From the NCBI GenBank assembly GCA_965226555.1, contig CBDDDG010000010.1:32001-96000 (forward strand): a DNA stretch of 64,000 nucleotides, in the 5' to 3' direction. This DNA is from Salinispira sp. (GTDB lineage: Bacteria; Spirochaetota; Spirochaetia; DSM-27196; Salinispiraceae). How positions within the stretch are numbered: the stretch's first letter is position 1; each line of letters begins with the position of its first letter. This document shows positions 21,357-30,850 of this stretch, piece after piece. Below the pieces are notes generated by a model. It was given only the letters and a program-made list of their open reading frames with translations. It made no database searches and had not been told where the DNA came from. Position numbers and translations under genes: made by a program.

Positions 21357-22337
21357 ATGATCGATTTCAAAGAAAAACCCGCCCCCGTTCCCTACGACCA
21401 AGGCTACCGCTCCCTGCTGTTCCAACCCGCAATAATGCTCCAATTTCTTCAACGCTTTGTCGGAGGCGCATGGACAAAAAAGCTGCGCCGTGAAGATATT
21501 ACCATTGAAAACGGTACCTTTTTCATCGACCATGCAAAAACACGGATGGCCGACATTATCTGCAAAATCAGAACTCGGGATCACACGGGAGATGTTGCTA
21601 TCTATGTGCTCCTTGAGCATCAGTCTGGAGTGGACAAAGACATGCCCCTCCGCATGTCGGAGTACACAAACCTTCTCTACCGGAACATTCACCGCTCTGG
21701 CGCAATTCCCGATGACTGCGAGGTGGTATTTCTGCCCATTGTGTTCTATAATGGTACGAGAAAATGGAAGGTGCCGGGGAATGTCAGAAAGCAACGGAAA
21801 CGGAAATTCCCGCAGTATCTTGCTCCTTTTCCCTACGATCTGATAAGCGAGAGCGATTATTCTGCGGAGCAGCTGCAGCAGCGGGGAAGAATGTTTGCGG
21901 CTGTTATGTACCTTGATCTGTACTCGAAAAATCTGCTGAATACGGATTGGGACATTCAGAAGGTGGAGAACGCGATAGCAGAAATGCTGAATGAGGAATC
22001 GCTGGAGCTGATAAAGGAATTTATTGGCGTGGTAGATTCGATGTTCGGAATTGTTATAGATTTAGATACGCTAATGAACCAATTAGAAAGAACAAAAGAA
22101 CCGAGAGGTAAGGAGGTAGCAAAAATGTTCAGAATGAATGCGGAAACATTCAGAGCGCGCATTGCGGAGATGGGTCGGCAGGAAGGACTGCGAACAGGTC
22201 GCGCTGAGGGGCATATTGAGGAGCGGAGAAAAAACGCCCGCAGTATGTTTTCGGAAGGATTATCGACCGAGGCTGTTCAGAGAATTACCGGGCTGAGCGA
22301 TGAGGAAATGCGGACATTGCGGAACGGATCGCATTAA
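21357..22337 (+). CDS. Rpn family nuclease, copy 2 (tandem duplicate); internal start at 22125
   Basis: Near-identical to copy 1 including ~200 bp of upstream DNA (19762 vs 21153); fewer C-terminal repeats. Confidence 0.9.
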   Translation: MIDFKEKPAPVPYDQGYRSLLFQPAIMLQFLQRFVGGAWTKKLRREDITIENGTFFIDHAKTRMADIICKIRTRDHTGDVAIYVLLEHQSGVDKDMPLRMSEYTNLLYRNIHRSGAIPDDCEVVFLPIVFYNGTRKWKVPGNVRKQRKRKFPQYLAPFPYDLISESDYSAEQLQQRGRMFAAVMYLDLYSKNLLNTDWDIQKVENAIAEMLNEESLELIKEFIGVVDSMFGIVIDLDTLMNQLERTKEPRGKEVAKMFRMNAETFRARIAEMGRQEGLRTGRAEGHIEERRKNARSMFSEGLSTEAVQRITGLSDEEMRTLRNGSH

Positions 22338-22398
22338 TTATCGCAGCTCGGCATGCGCGCCATGCATCCGCAGTAAAATCCTGAGGAGGTAAAAAAAT

Positions 22399-22575
22399 AT
22401 GTTGGCAGATCTTTTAGGTGACCTATGGCGGGCAGGTGTTGAGCAGGAGCAAGCTCAGGATCAGCGTGAGCATGCACTCAATATGCTCAGGGAAGGTCTG
22501 TCTATGAACCTTATTCATAAGGTCACCGAGCTCAGCGGGGATGAAATTCGGGCATTTCCGAAAAACGGTGAATAA
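22399..22575 (+). CDS. Stand-alone Rpn C-terminal (RpnS-like) mini-gene, 58 aa
   Basis: RBS GAGGAGGT; MLADLLGDLWRAGVEQ...LNMLREGLSMNLIHKVTELSGDEIRAFPKNGE; not in the ORF track; paralog of 43320-43544. Confidence 0.7.
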   Translation: MLADLLGDLWRAGVEQEQAQDQREHALNMLREGLSMNLIHKVTELSGDEIRAFPKNGE

Positions 22576-22584
22576 TAACAGCTC

Positions 22585-23118
22585 ATGGGTACTATTTCTC
22601 GGGGGGTCGTCATCGGACGCTTCAATCCGCCCCATAACGGACACCGATATCTTCTCAATTTCGCTCAGCAACATGTTGATAAATTATATGTTTTCATCTG
22701 TACACTTCCAGAAGATGAAATTCCCGGAATGCTGCGTTTTGTCTGGATGCAGAAACTCGTTCCGAGGGCGGAAATTATCCATATAACAGAAGAGAATCCG
22801 CGCGCGGTTCGGGGAGCGCCCGAAGCAGTGAAAATCTGGGCGAAAACCATTTTGAGCAACATGAAGGATGGGCGCCCCGACTATGTTTTTGCCTCCGAGG
22901 ACTACGGACAGATCCTTGCCCGCGAACTGGGAGCCGTTTTTATTGATGTCGATTCAGGGCGTGAACAATTCCCTGTCTCCGCATCCGCCATACGCTCAAA
23001 CCTGTTGAAACTTCTTGAATACTGGAAGTATATTCCCGAACCCGTCCGTGTATGGTTTCATGAACAACTCGCCGCCTGTGAAACTATAGAAAACAGTGAA
23101 AACATTGAAAGGAGGTAG
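22585..23118 (+). CDS. NadR-like nucleotidyltransferase (HxGH family)
   Basis: IGRFNPPHNGH, VFASEDYG, VSASAIR. Confidence 0.8.
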   Translation: MGTISRGVVIGRFNPPHNGHRYLLNFAQQHVDKLYVFICTLPEDEIPGMLRFVWMQKLVPRAEIIHITEENPRAVRGAPEAVKIWAKTILSNMKDGRPDYVFASEDYGQILARELGAVFIDVDSGREQFPVSASAIRSNLLKLLEYWKYIPEPVRVWFHEQLAACETIENSENIERR

Positions 23119-23121
23119 CAT

Positions 23122-23589
23122 ATGGATAATGCGACAATAATGTGGCTTATCATTGGCTTGGCGCTCATTCTCGGCGAATTTGCCGCCCCCGGGCTCATTA
23201 TTATTTTTCTGGGATTCGGCGCGCTGCTCACCGCTCTTGTAAGCGCTCTTATTCCCGCATTTTCATCGCAGATCTTTCTCCAGATATTCACCTGGGCAGG
23301 ATTTTCCATTCTCTCAATTCTTTCCCTGCGGCGTTTTTTCAAAAAGATATTCATCGGCAGGCAGATTGCCCCCCATGATCATGATTATGACGACAGCGCC
23401 CGAAAAGCCCTCGTTATTGAGACAGTACGCGCTGATGCCCCGGGGAGAATTGAATATCAGGGGACAAGCTGGAAGGCACTGAGTTTTGATAAAACCTATG
23501 AAAAGGGGCAGAAGGTATGGATTCTCAAGAAAGAAGGAGCCGCCTATTATGTGGGAGACCCCCTGCTGTCTGAGGAGCCCGAAGAATGA
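23122..23589 (+). CDS. NfeD-like membrane protein
   Basis: WLIIGLALILGEF N-terminal TMs; GRIEYQGTSWKA OB-fold motif. Confidence 0.85.
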   Translation: MDNATIMWLIIGLALILGEFAAPGLIIIFLGFGALLTALVSALIPAFSSQIFLQIFTWAGFSILSILSLRRFFKKIFIGRQIAPHDHDYDDSARKALVIETVRADAPGRIEYQGTSWKALSFDKTYEKGQKVWILKKEGAAYYVGDPLLSEEPEE

Positions 23590-25217
23590 ACATACACAGG
23601 GTTTCTGAAGATACCCAGAATATATGGGTAGATATGGCCCATGCCCTCTGGCCCGACTGTACAAAAAACGAACTGTGGCAGGAAATTCAACGAGAATCCC
23701 ATTCAGAAAAAACCTGCTACTATCTTCTCAGAGATACCGATGGAACCTACATTGCCTTTATTCAATTGTCGGTGCGAAGCGACTACGTTGAAGGTTCGTC
23801 AACACATCCGGTTGCCTATGTGGAGGGAATTTACGTGAAACCTCGCTGCAGAGGCCGGGGCATTGGGCGTATACTCATTCAGGAAGCTGAAAAATGGGCG
23901 CGTTCGAAGGGACTCACCGAACTGGCATCCGATGCGGAAATAAAAAACACGGAAAGCAGCAAATTTCATGCCCGCGTGGGTTTTGAAAAGGCAGGCGTTA
24001 ACGTCCATTTCATAAAAACCCTCACTCTCATACTCCTCTTCTTTCACATTGCCTCCCCCTCGCTTCCTGCCGAACAGTTCCGCTTCCGCTACCAGACGGG
24101 CGACCGATACCGCATTCTTTCGGAAATTCAACAGCAGGTATATCTCAATGATACACACCAGTACAGTTCCGAACTGTTAAACAGAATACAGGTAAGGGTT
24201 CTGGAAATCCGGAACGGCTCCGGGCGGGAAGAAGTGTATTATCAGCATTCAGAAGAAACGCAGACCGAAAGCGGAGAACCATATCAATATCAATTCGGAC
24301 AGGAATATTCGGCAGAATTCTGGATAGATGAATTCGGATTTTACGACATTGATCCCGGATATTTCGTGCCGGGCGTGAGAGATGTGCCGGTATTCCCCCC
24401 TGAAGATCTCACCCCCGGCGACAGATGGACGGCACGAGGGCAGGAAGTACACGATTTCCGCGCCGCCTTCGGCATCTCTGAGCCCTACACCTTCAGTATG
24501 CCAGTGAATTATACCTATGTGGGACCGGAGCGCAGGAATGGGCTGGCCCTGCATCACATTACTATTGAATACAACATTCTCCATGAGCGGCCCGTCCCCG
24601 ACGGTTATTCCTCCTATCCCCACCGAATACTGGGCTCTGCGCTGCAACAGCTCTACTTCGATAACAATACGGGGCGTTCGCATTCGTATGAGGAAGAATA
24701 TGAGTTTATTCTCTCCACGAGTGATGGTAACTCTCTTCGTTTTACCGGAACCGCTCAGGCAAGAGTCATGGAGAGCGCGGAATTTGACCGCGATTCCCTG
24801 AAGCGTGACATTGAAGAACGGCTCGATAATCTGGGGTTTGAAGAAAGTTCGGTACAAAGCGACAGCAGAGGGGTCACTATATCCATTGAAAACATTCAGT
24901 TCCCGCCGGATTCCGCATTGCTGCTGCCCTCTGAGCGGACTAAACTGGACAAGATTGCCCGAATTCTTTCCGACTATCCCGACAGGGATATTCTCGTAAG
25001 CGGCCACACTGCCCTCGCGGGCAGCGTTGAGGGGAGGCAGGTACTTAGCAAGGAACGCGCCAGATCTGTTGTGTCGTATCTCATTGGAATTGGCGCCCGA
25101 GACCGTTCACGAATTCTCTATCGGGGATTCGGAGCTGAGCGCCCCATCGCCGACAACAGTTTCGAGGAAGGCAGGCGCCGCAACCGGCGGGTCGAAATCA
25201 CCATTCTTGAAAATTGA
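23586..25217 (+). CDS. Fusion: AAC(6')-I-like GNAT acetyltransferase + OmpA-family peptidoglycan-binding protein
   Basis: N-terminal RSDYVEG...VAYVEGIYV...ELASDAEIKN (AAC(6')-I). C-terminal IQFPPDSA, VSGHT, LSKERA, NRRVEI (OmpA_C). Confidence 0.8.
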   Translation: MNIHRVSEDTQNIWVDMAHALWPDCTKNELWQEIQRESHSEKTCYYLLRDTDGTYIAFIQLSVRSDYVEGSSTHPVAYVEGIYVKPRCRGRGIGRILIQEAEKWARSKGLTELASDAEIKNTESSKFHARVGFEKAGVNVHFIKTLTLILLFFHIASPSLPAEQFRFRYQTGDRYRILSEIQQQVYLNDTHQYSSELLNRIQVRVLEIRNGSGREEVYYQHSEETQTESGEPYQYQFGQEYSAEFWIDEFGFYDIDPGYFVPGVRDVPVFPPEDLTPGDRWTARGQEVHDFRAAFGISEPYTFSMPVNYTYVGPERRNGLALHHITIEYNILHERPVPDGYSSYPHRILGSALQQLYFDNNTGRSHSYEEEYEFILSTSDGNSLRFTGTAQARVMESAEFDRDSLKRDIEERLDNLGFEESSVQSDSRGVTISIENIQFPPDSALLLPSERTKLDKIARILSDYPDRDILVSGHTALAGSVEGRQVLSKERARSVVSYLIGIGARDRSRILYRGFGAERPIADNSFEEGRRRNRRVEITILEN

Positions 25218-25275
25218 TGCTGCCGCGGCAGGTGCAGCCTGCTGCGGCCGCGCTGAGATCGCCGATGTCGCCGCC

Positions 25276-25959
25276 TTAGCCAATTCTGCTTCCGAAGAAG
25301 GTTTTTCCCTCCAGAACACGCCGAATGTTATCCATATCCCTTCCGCCGACAAAGAATACCTCCATGCCAAGTTCGGCTGCGCGCCTGCTGGCCACAGGAT
25401 CGAAGGGGCAATTTTTCCCCGGCACCCAGTCGCCGCCAATGAGCTTCCGGTACTCGTTCCAGCTCATGCGATCCAGGGGGCGGGCATGGGGGTCTTTGGC
25501 AGGGTCCGCGCTGTATATCTTGTCGATATTCGATATGTTGATAAGCCGATCGGCATTGAGGCGCTCTGCCAGAAGAACTGCGATGTAGTCGGTAGAGGAG
25601 CCCGGTTTCCAGCCTGCCCCCACCAGCACCCTGCCGGTAAATGAAAATTGCCCGCCCGGATCAGTTACAAGCGGATCCGCGCACATATCTCCAAGAACAG
25701 CCCGCACCAACTCGGCGTTCAGACGTGTTGCCATAATACCGATCAAATCTTGCTCATCGTCACCCGGCTCATCAACCAGTTCCCGAAAGGCCTGCTGATA
25801 TGCCCGCGCCGGCCCCCCGCCGCCGACTACCAGAACAAGCCTGCCGGCATCATCATACCGCAGATAATCGCGCAGCACTGCCGTAAAACGGCCTATCGCA
25901 TGAGTATCTGCCCACTCCGGAGCAATAACCGATCCGCCAAGTGAAATCACCGTTGTCAT
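25276..25959 (-). CDS. pyrH: UMP kinase (archaeal/spirochaete type)
   Basis: VISLGGSV, VVGGGGPAR, IGIMATRLNA, PGSSTDY, PFDPVAS. Confidence 0.9.
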   Translation of the reverse strand: MTTVISLGGSVIAPEWADTHAIGRFTAVLRDYLRYDDAGRLVLVVGGGGPARAYQQAFRELVDEPGDDEQDLIGIMATRLNAELVRAVLGDMCADPLVTDPGGQFSFTGRVLVGAGWKPGSSTDYIAVLLAERLNADRLINISNIDKIYSADPAKDPHARPLDRMSWNEYRKLIGGDWVPGKNCPFDPVASRRAAELGMEVFFVGGRDMDNIRRVLEGKTFFGSRIG

Positions 25960-25995
25960 ATTATTCCTCCGCCTGCAACGAGTACCTTCCCCGCA

Positions 25996-26778
25996 TTATA
26001 CCCCAACAGAAGCGGTAAATTTCAAGGAACTTTTCTGCCCCCATATAAAGGGCGGCGCCCCATAGTAACAGATACTGCCGCCGCCCCGTTTCAGGCATAT
26101 CTCCGAAACAGAAACTGTGCGGGCATCGTCCCTTCTCATAAGCACAGCAGCCTCCGGCGCCTTCCGCCTGTTCCGATGAAAACGTTTGAGCGAGGCGATA
26201 TTGTAGCGATGAAGATTTTTGAACTGCGCCTCACGCTGCTTCGGTATATCGGAAGTTTTCAGATTACTGCTCAGTATTCCCGCCTGCCTCACCCCCGATA
26301 CAACAGATTGCCGAATGCGTTTCCCATTCCACTCCCATATTCCGCTCCTGTTCACAGCAAAAGCAGCAAGAAAAAAGGGAGCATAATTGTGTTTGCGGAG
26401 AATTTCTTCCAGGATTCTGATGTCGGGAAATGTTCCGGCATTCAAAATATCACGGATAATCAAACCGCGGGAACGCGGAAAGGCCTGGCCTTCCGCAAAA
26501 CCAGCGCTCGGCGCAAAACCAGCATGCTGCGCAAAACCAGCGCGCGGCAGATCAGGATAATTGTTTATGACACAAACAAAAAATCCATTACCGCTCAATC
26601 CCATCCAACTGCCGCCGCTTTCCGGATCGAGAGGCATGAGATAATTTGTATCGCTCCCCCGAAAGAGTACCGGAGCCTGAGCCGGTAAGCGGCTTCGCTG
26701 TTCATCGCGATTAAAAAATATCCACCGCGCAGAATGCTCCGGCTCCAATTGCTCCGGAAAATATGTGAGCGTACACAT
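25996..26778 (-). CDS. NRDE family protein
   Basis: MCT start, NRDE motif, SGGSWMG, SRGLI, RTVSVS. Confidence 0.85.
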   Translation of the reverse strand: MCTLTYFPEQLEPEHSARWIFFNRDEQRSRLPAQAPVLFRGSDTNYLMPLDPESGGSWMGLSGNGFFVCVINNYPDLPRAGFAQHAGFAPSAGFAEGQAFPRSRGLIIRDILNAGTFPDIRILEEILRKHNYAPFFLAAFAVNRSGIWEWNGKRIRQSVVSGVRQAGILSSNLKTSDIPKQREAQFKNLHRYNIASLKRFHRNRRKAPEAAVLMRRDDARTVSVSEICLKRGGGSICYYGAPPFIWGQKSSLKFTASVGV

Positions 26779-27356
26779 TATCCTGATACAACCCGTGCGA
26801 GTGTGTCGTTTTCTGCTGTGCCGCGTGCGGTTGTGCCGCTCGCGGGGGTATCGGGGGCTACACCAAAATTTCGGGGAGGATCATAATTCCAGCCCCGAAG
26901 TATGAAGGCAATGTGGGCATAATGATGAATTGAATGTGCGGCAACAGCCTGCAGTTCTCTGTTAAGGCAGGTCTCTATTGTGTACTGTGCTCCGGCTTCT
27001 CCGTTAATACATATGCTCTGTATCGCCGGACAGGATGCGGCAGACTCAAGACAACGCGCAAGCTCCTTCCTCAAGCGGATAAAAAGCACTTCGGCTGCTT
27101 CACGCGATCGTTCTATGTTCGAATCCCTGCTGCGGTTTCCGTAGTTGACAGAATACCTTTCTGGCGAGAATAGCTGATCATAAAAATTTGCCACATGGCG
27201 GAAATGACAACCGGGAGCCCCCTTTTCGACAATGGCCATATCGGGAACCCGAACATAGTCGTCCGCAGATATCATGCCTATGACCTGCAGGCCCTGTTCA
27301 ATGAGGAGCAGATTTTGCCGCATGAGATACCGCCGGGCATTATTTTTCTGATTCAT
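26778..27356 (-). CDS. DinB/YfiT-like protein
   Basis: GCHFRH, RELQAVAAHSIHHYA, FGVAPDT. Confidence 0.75.
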   Translation of the reverse strand: MNQKNNARRYLMRQNLLLIEQGLQVIGMISADDYVRVPDMAIVEKGAPGCHFRHVANFYDQLFSPERYSVNYGNRSRDSNIERSREAAEVLFIRLRKELARCLESAASCPAIQSICINGEAGAQYTIETCLNRELQAVAAHSIHHYAHIAFILRGWNYDPPRNFGVAPDTPASGTTARGTAENDTLARVVSG

Positions 27357-28284
27357 GTTTTCGCTTCGATTTTTTTGCTTCAATTTTGATGTACAGCTCA
27401 TTGCGCTGCCGCCTGCGGTATGAGAGCACAAGACCGGCAATGCCCCCCAGAATCATGGGAATGGTAAAAAACATACCGAGGGTGAACCAATCTCCTCCAA
27501 TAAAACGTGAGTGGCTCACTGGTTCCCGATAAAATTCCACCCAGAAGCGGAACAATCCATACAATAAAAGAAAAAGGCTGAATACCGAACCGCGGGGCTT
27601 TTCTCTGCCGATATTTCTGAACAGAAGCAATATGACATAGAGAACAAGTCCCTCAAGCACGAATTCGTAGAGCTGCACCGGATGGCGCGGTAAATTTACC
27701 AGACCTCCTGCGGTATCGATCCCCGCAGTTTCCGCCATCTCCCGAACCCATGCCTCAGAAGTTGGGAGCCATGCAGATTCAGGCACTGAATCGAAGATCA
27801 TGGCAAGAGGTGAAGCACTTACCCTGCCCCAGAACTCTCCGTTAATAAAATTGCCGATTCTCCCGCAGGCAAGGGCAATGGGAACCGGAATAATAACAAG
27901 ATCGGCCAGATCAAAGGGGTGTATACCCTGTTTCCGCGCATAGGGAATGGGAAAAAGAATAGCAAGGAGGAATCCTCCAAAAAAATACATGCCTCCTTCC
28001 CATATGGCAAAAATTTGAAGCGGATTCTTCAGATAATACGCAGGATTTACAAAAAACACAAAGCCTAGGCGGCCGCCCACCAGCACCCCCATAAATATGC
28101 GGATGAGAATTTCCCCGAACTGATCTTTGCTAAGGCTGATTTTTTTCCGCCGTATATGATCAATAACAAAAACATACACAAAAACCACACCGAGAAAATA
28201 CATAAAACCATACCAACTCAGCGCCAGTGGGCCGGGAAGATCAATAATTATTGGGTTAAACAGGGGAACATTCAGATATTTCAT
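27340..28284 (-). CDS. lgt: Prolipoprotein diacylglyceryl transferase
   Basis: WYGFMY, GGRLG, GRIGNFINGEFWGR, RHPVQLYE, RFWVEFYREP. Confidence 0.93.
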   Translation of the reverse strand: MKYLNVPLFNPIIIDLPGPLALSWYGFMYFLGVVFVYVFVIDHIRRKKISLSKDQFGEILIRIFMGVLVGGRLGFVFFVNPAYYLKNPLQIFAIWEGGMYFFGGFLLAILFPIPYARKQGIHPFDLADLVIIPVPIALACGRIGNFINGEFWGRVSASPLAMIFDSVPESAWLPTSEAWVREMAETAGIDTAGGLVNLPRHPVQLYEFVLEGLVLYVILLLFRNIGREKPRGSVFSLFLLLYGLFRFWVEFYREPVSHSRFIGGDWFTLGMFFTIPMILGGIAGLVLSYRRRQRNELYIKIEAKKSKRKHESEK

Positions 28285-28407
28285 AGTCAGACAGTATATT
28301 CTCTTTTTCGAACTTCCGCAAGCAAAAAGATGCATGCGGGACAATTTAACCATAAGCGAAGCACCTCCCTGCCCTCAAGATATCAGGAGGACAGAAAGGT
28401 GCTGAAA

Positions 28408-30396
28408 TTAATACCATGACGGTATCAGACTACCTGTCACTTTGGAACTACTGAACATACCTGTTGTGTCTCCGGTATATTTACCACCGCTGAGCGTCCA
28501 ATGATCCTTCCATTCCTCAAGATTTTGACCGAATGCGTTTGCTCCAGCAAACATATGCCGCATATTCGTTACCGAACTGACATCCCAGTTTGAGATATCG
28601 CCATTGAATCCCTGATTATAATAGAACATCAAACTCATATTCCTTACCGAGCTGACATCCCAACCCGAGATATCGCCATTGAATGCGTCTGCATTCCTGA
28701 ACATATCAGACATATCCGTTACCGCTGTAGTATTCCAACCGGAGATGTCGCCATTGAATGTGCTTGCATCTTGGAACATCCTCTTCATATTCGTTACCGA
28801 GCTGACATCCCAGTTTGAGATATCGCCATTGAATGCGTCTGCATAATAAAATATCCGGTACATACTCGTTACCGCGCTGACATCCCATCGGGAGATATCG
28901 CCATTGAACATGTTTGGATCTGAAGAAGTCCCACTAAAAACCCCGGTCATACTCGTTACTGCTGAGGTAATAATGTAGTTGAGATCGGCAGTATTTCCCC
29001 AGGTTGACATCCCCGTATTTACCGCTGTTTTCAGCGCTGAGTTAGTCCTTGGATTCACGGTAACATGGAAATGTTCGGAAAACCGTACAGTGTTCCCACT
29101 GTCTACGCCCGACACGAGGTATGTTCCTGCCGTTGTACTCGCGGTAACGGTAATAACTCCCGTACTCGGATCAACTGTCGGCAGGGTAACCGTTGCGGTT
29201 GGGGTAGTAACCGCGGTCAAAGAAACGGTTAAGTTATCAGCGGCAATCTGGTTATCTATAGCGGTCGAAAGAATTCCGTTCGTTGCCGTTCCCGCGGGAT
29301 GCTGTGTCCCTAAAACCGGAAATGGCACTGTTGCGGTGGCGGGAGGGGTAGACCAATCACTATCACCCGCCGCATTTCTGGCAAGCACTAGTACACCGTA
29401 AGTAATGCCGTTTGTCAGTCCGGTAATGGTGTGGCTTGTGCTGGTAATTCCTTCAATTATCTCTTTCGAACTCATATGATTCAAATTATAAATAAGCAAT
29501 TTATACTCGGTAATGGCGCTGCCGCCGTCATCATCGGGAGCTGTCCATGCTGCGCTGATCTGGGCGTTTCCGACGGTGAGCGTTGGAGCTGTCGGCACGC
29601 TGGGAACGGCAGCGGAGATTGCTGTTGTGGATTCAGACCAGTCACCACCTCCAATGCCATTGACAGCGCGCACCTGCACATCGTACTCGGTGCCGTTTGT
29701 CAGTCCGGTGATGACGTAGCTGGTATTTGTTCCGATGCCGGAGATAATTTCCGTCCAGCTGGTTCCGCCGTCTGAGCTATGGCGCAGATGATATGCGGTA
29801 ATATCGCTGCCGCCGTCATCATCGGGCGCTGTCCATGCTACGGTGAGCTGGGCGTTTCCGGTGATGAGCATTGGAGCTGTCGGCGCGCTGGGAGCTGTCG
29901 GCAAGTTGGGATCTGTCGGATCGCTGGGATCTGTCGGATCGCTGGGAACGACAGCGGCATCAGCTGTTGCGGATGCCGACCAGTCACCATTGCCCTGAGC
30001 GTTGACAGCGCGCACCTGTACTTCATAGCTACCGTCGGCTGTCAGCCCGGTTATGATGTAGCTGGTGCTTGTGCCGATGCCGGAGATAATTTCCGTCCAT
30101 TCGGTTCCGCCGTCTAAGCTATGGCGCAGATGATAGGCGGTAATTTCACTACCACCGTTGTCCGGCTCTTCCCAGAAAGCAACAATGTAATCAGATTCCT
30201 GAACAAGAGCGAGCGCTGTTATGGCAGACGGCGCCGAGAGCTCAGGCGGTGAATCGATTCCCAGATCGCCCGGAAGCGGATCCGTACAGGCTGCGAGAAG
30301 CAGTATTGGAGCCAGCATGAGCGCCTCCAACAGATACAATGTGAAATGTTTTCCATTTCCATTATTGGCAAAAATACAATGCGTTATATTTCGCAT
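28408..30396 (-). CDS. Surface lipoprotein: 3x FN3 + BspA/DUF285 repeats
   Basis: LLAAC lipobox; FN3 motifs; FNGDISxWDVSSVTNM repeats. Confidence 0.9.
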   Translation of the reverse strand: MRNITHCIFANNGNGKHFTLYLLEALMLAPILLLAACTDPLPGDLGIDSPPELSAPSAITALALVQESDYIVAFWEEPDNGGSEITAYHLRHSLDGGTEWTEIISGIGTSTSYIITGLTADGSYEVQVRAVNAQGNGDWSASATADAAVVPSDPTDPSDPTDPNLPTAPSAPTAPMLITGNAQLTVAWTAPDDDGGSDITAYHLRHSSDGGTSWTEIISGIGTNTSYVITGLTNGTEYDVQVRAVNGIGGGDWSESTTAISAAVPSVPTAPTLTVGNAQISAAWTAPDDDGGSAITEYKLLIYNLNHMSSKEIIEGITSTSHTITGLTNGITYGVLVLARNAAGDSDWSTPPATATVPFPVLGTQHPAGTATNGILSTAIDNQIAADNLTVSLTAVTTPTATVTLPTVDPSTGVITVTASTTAGTYLVSGVDSGNTVRFSEHFHVTVNPRTNSALKTAVNTGMSTWGNTADLNYIITSAVTSMTGVFSGTSSDPNMFNGDISRWDVSAVTSMYRIFYYADAFNGDISNWDVSSVTNMKRMFQDASTFNGDISGWNTTAVTDMSDMFRNADAFNGDISGWDVSSVRNMSLMFYYNQGFNGDISNWDVSSVTNMRHMFAGANAFGQNLEEWKDHWTLSGGKYTGDTTGMFSSSKVTGSLIPSWY

Positions 30397-30850
30397 ACAT
30401 TTTCCTCCTATAAAAGGTTAATATGAGTTATAAACTCAATTCATTAGCAACACCGCATGCTGCTGCCTGCATTTCCATCAATTTGCGCCACACGCAATTC
30501 CTTCGGCCCGTGTTTGGTCATTCATCTATGGTGTATTCTGCGATCAATCTAATATCTACCAACTCACAGTGGCCTTTTTATTATTCCTCCCTCATATCTC
30601 GTAACGGAAAAAATTTCACTGGTAACTATGTGTTTGAAAAGAATTTTGCAAAATTTGTGATTTTTTTTTGGGCGGGGGGAAAGGGTATCTCAAATGCTTA
30701 TATCTCACGAGATCTTCAATAATACATGGGAGATGTTAGTAGACCTTTTCGATAAGCCATTTTTGGCAGGTGTTGAGTAACAGCGAAACCGTGTCTGCTG
30801 GAGTTGAATCGCAAGGCTTTAATAGCCAATGGGGTTATGGGGTTATGAAA

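Noticed and set aside
27975..28005. Lgt GGMYFFGG lacking the usual His
   Set aside because: This position varies among Lgt homologs and the other signature motifs are intact.
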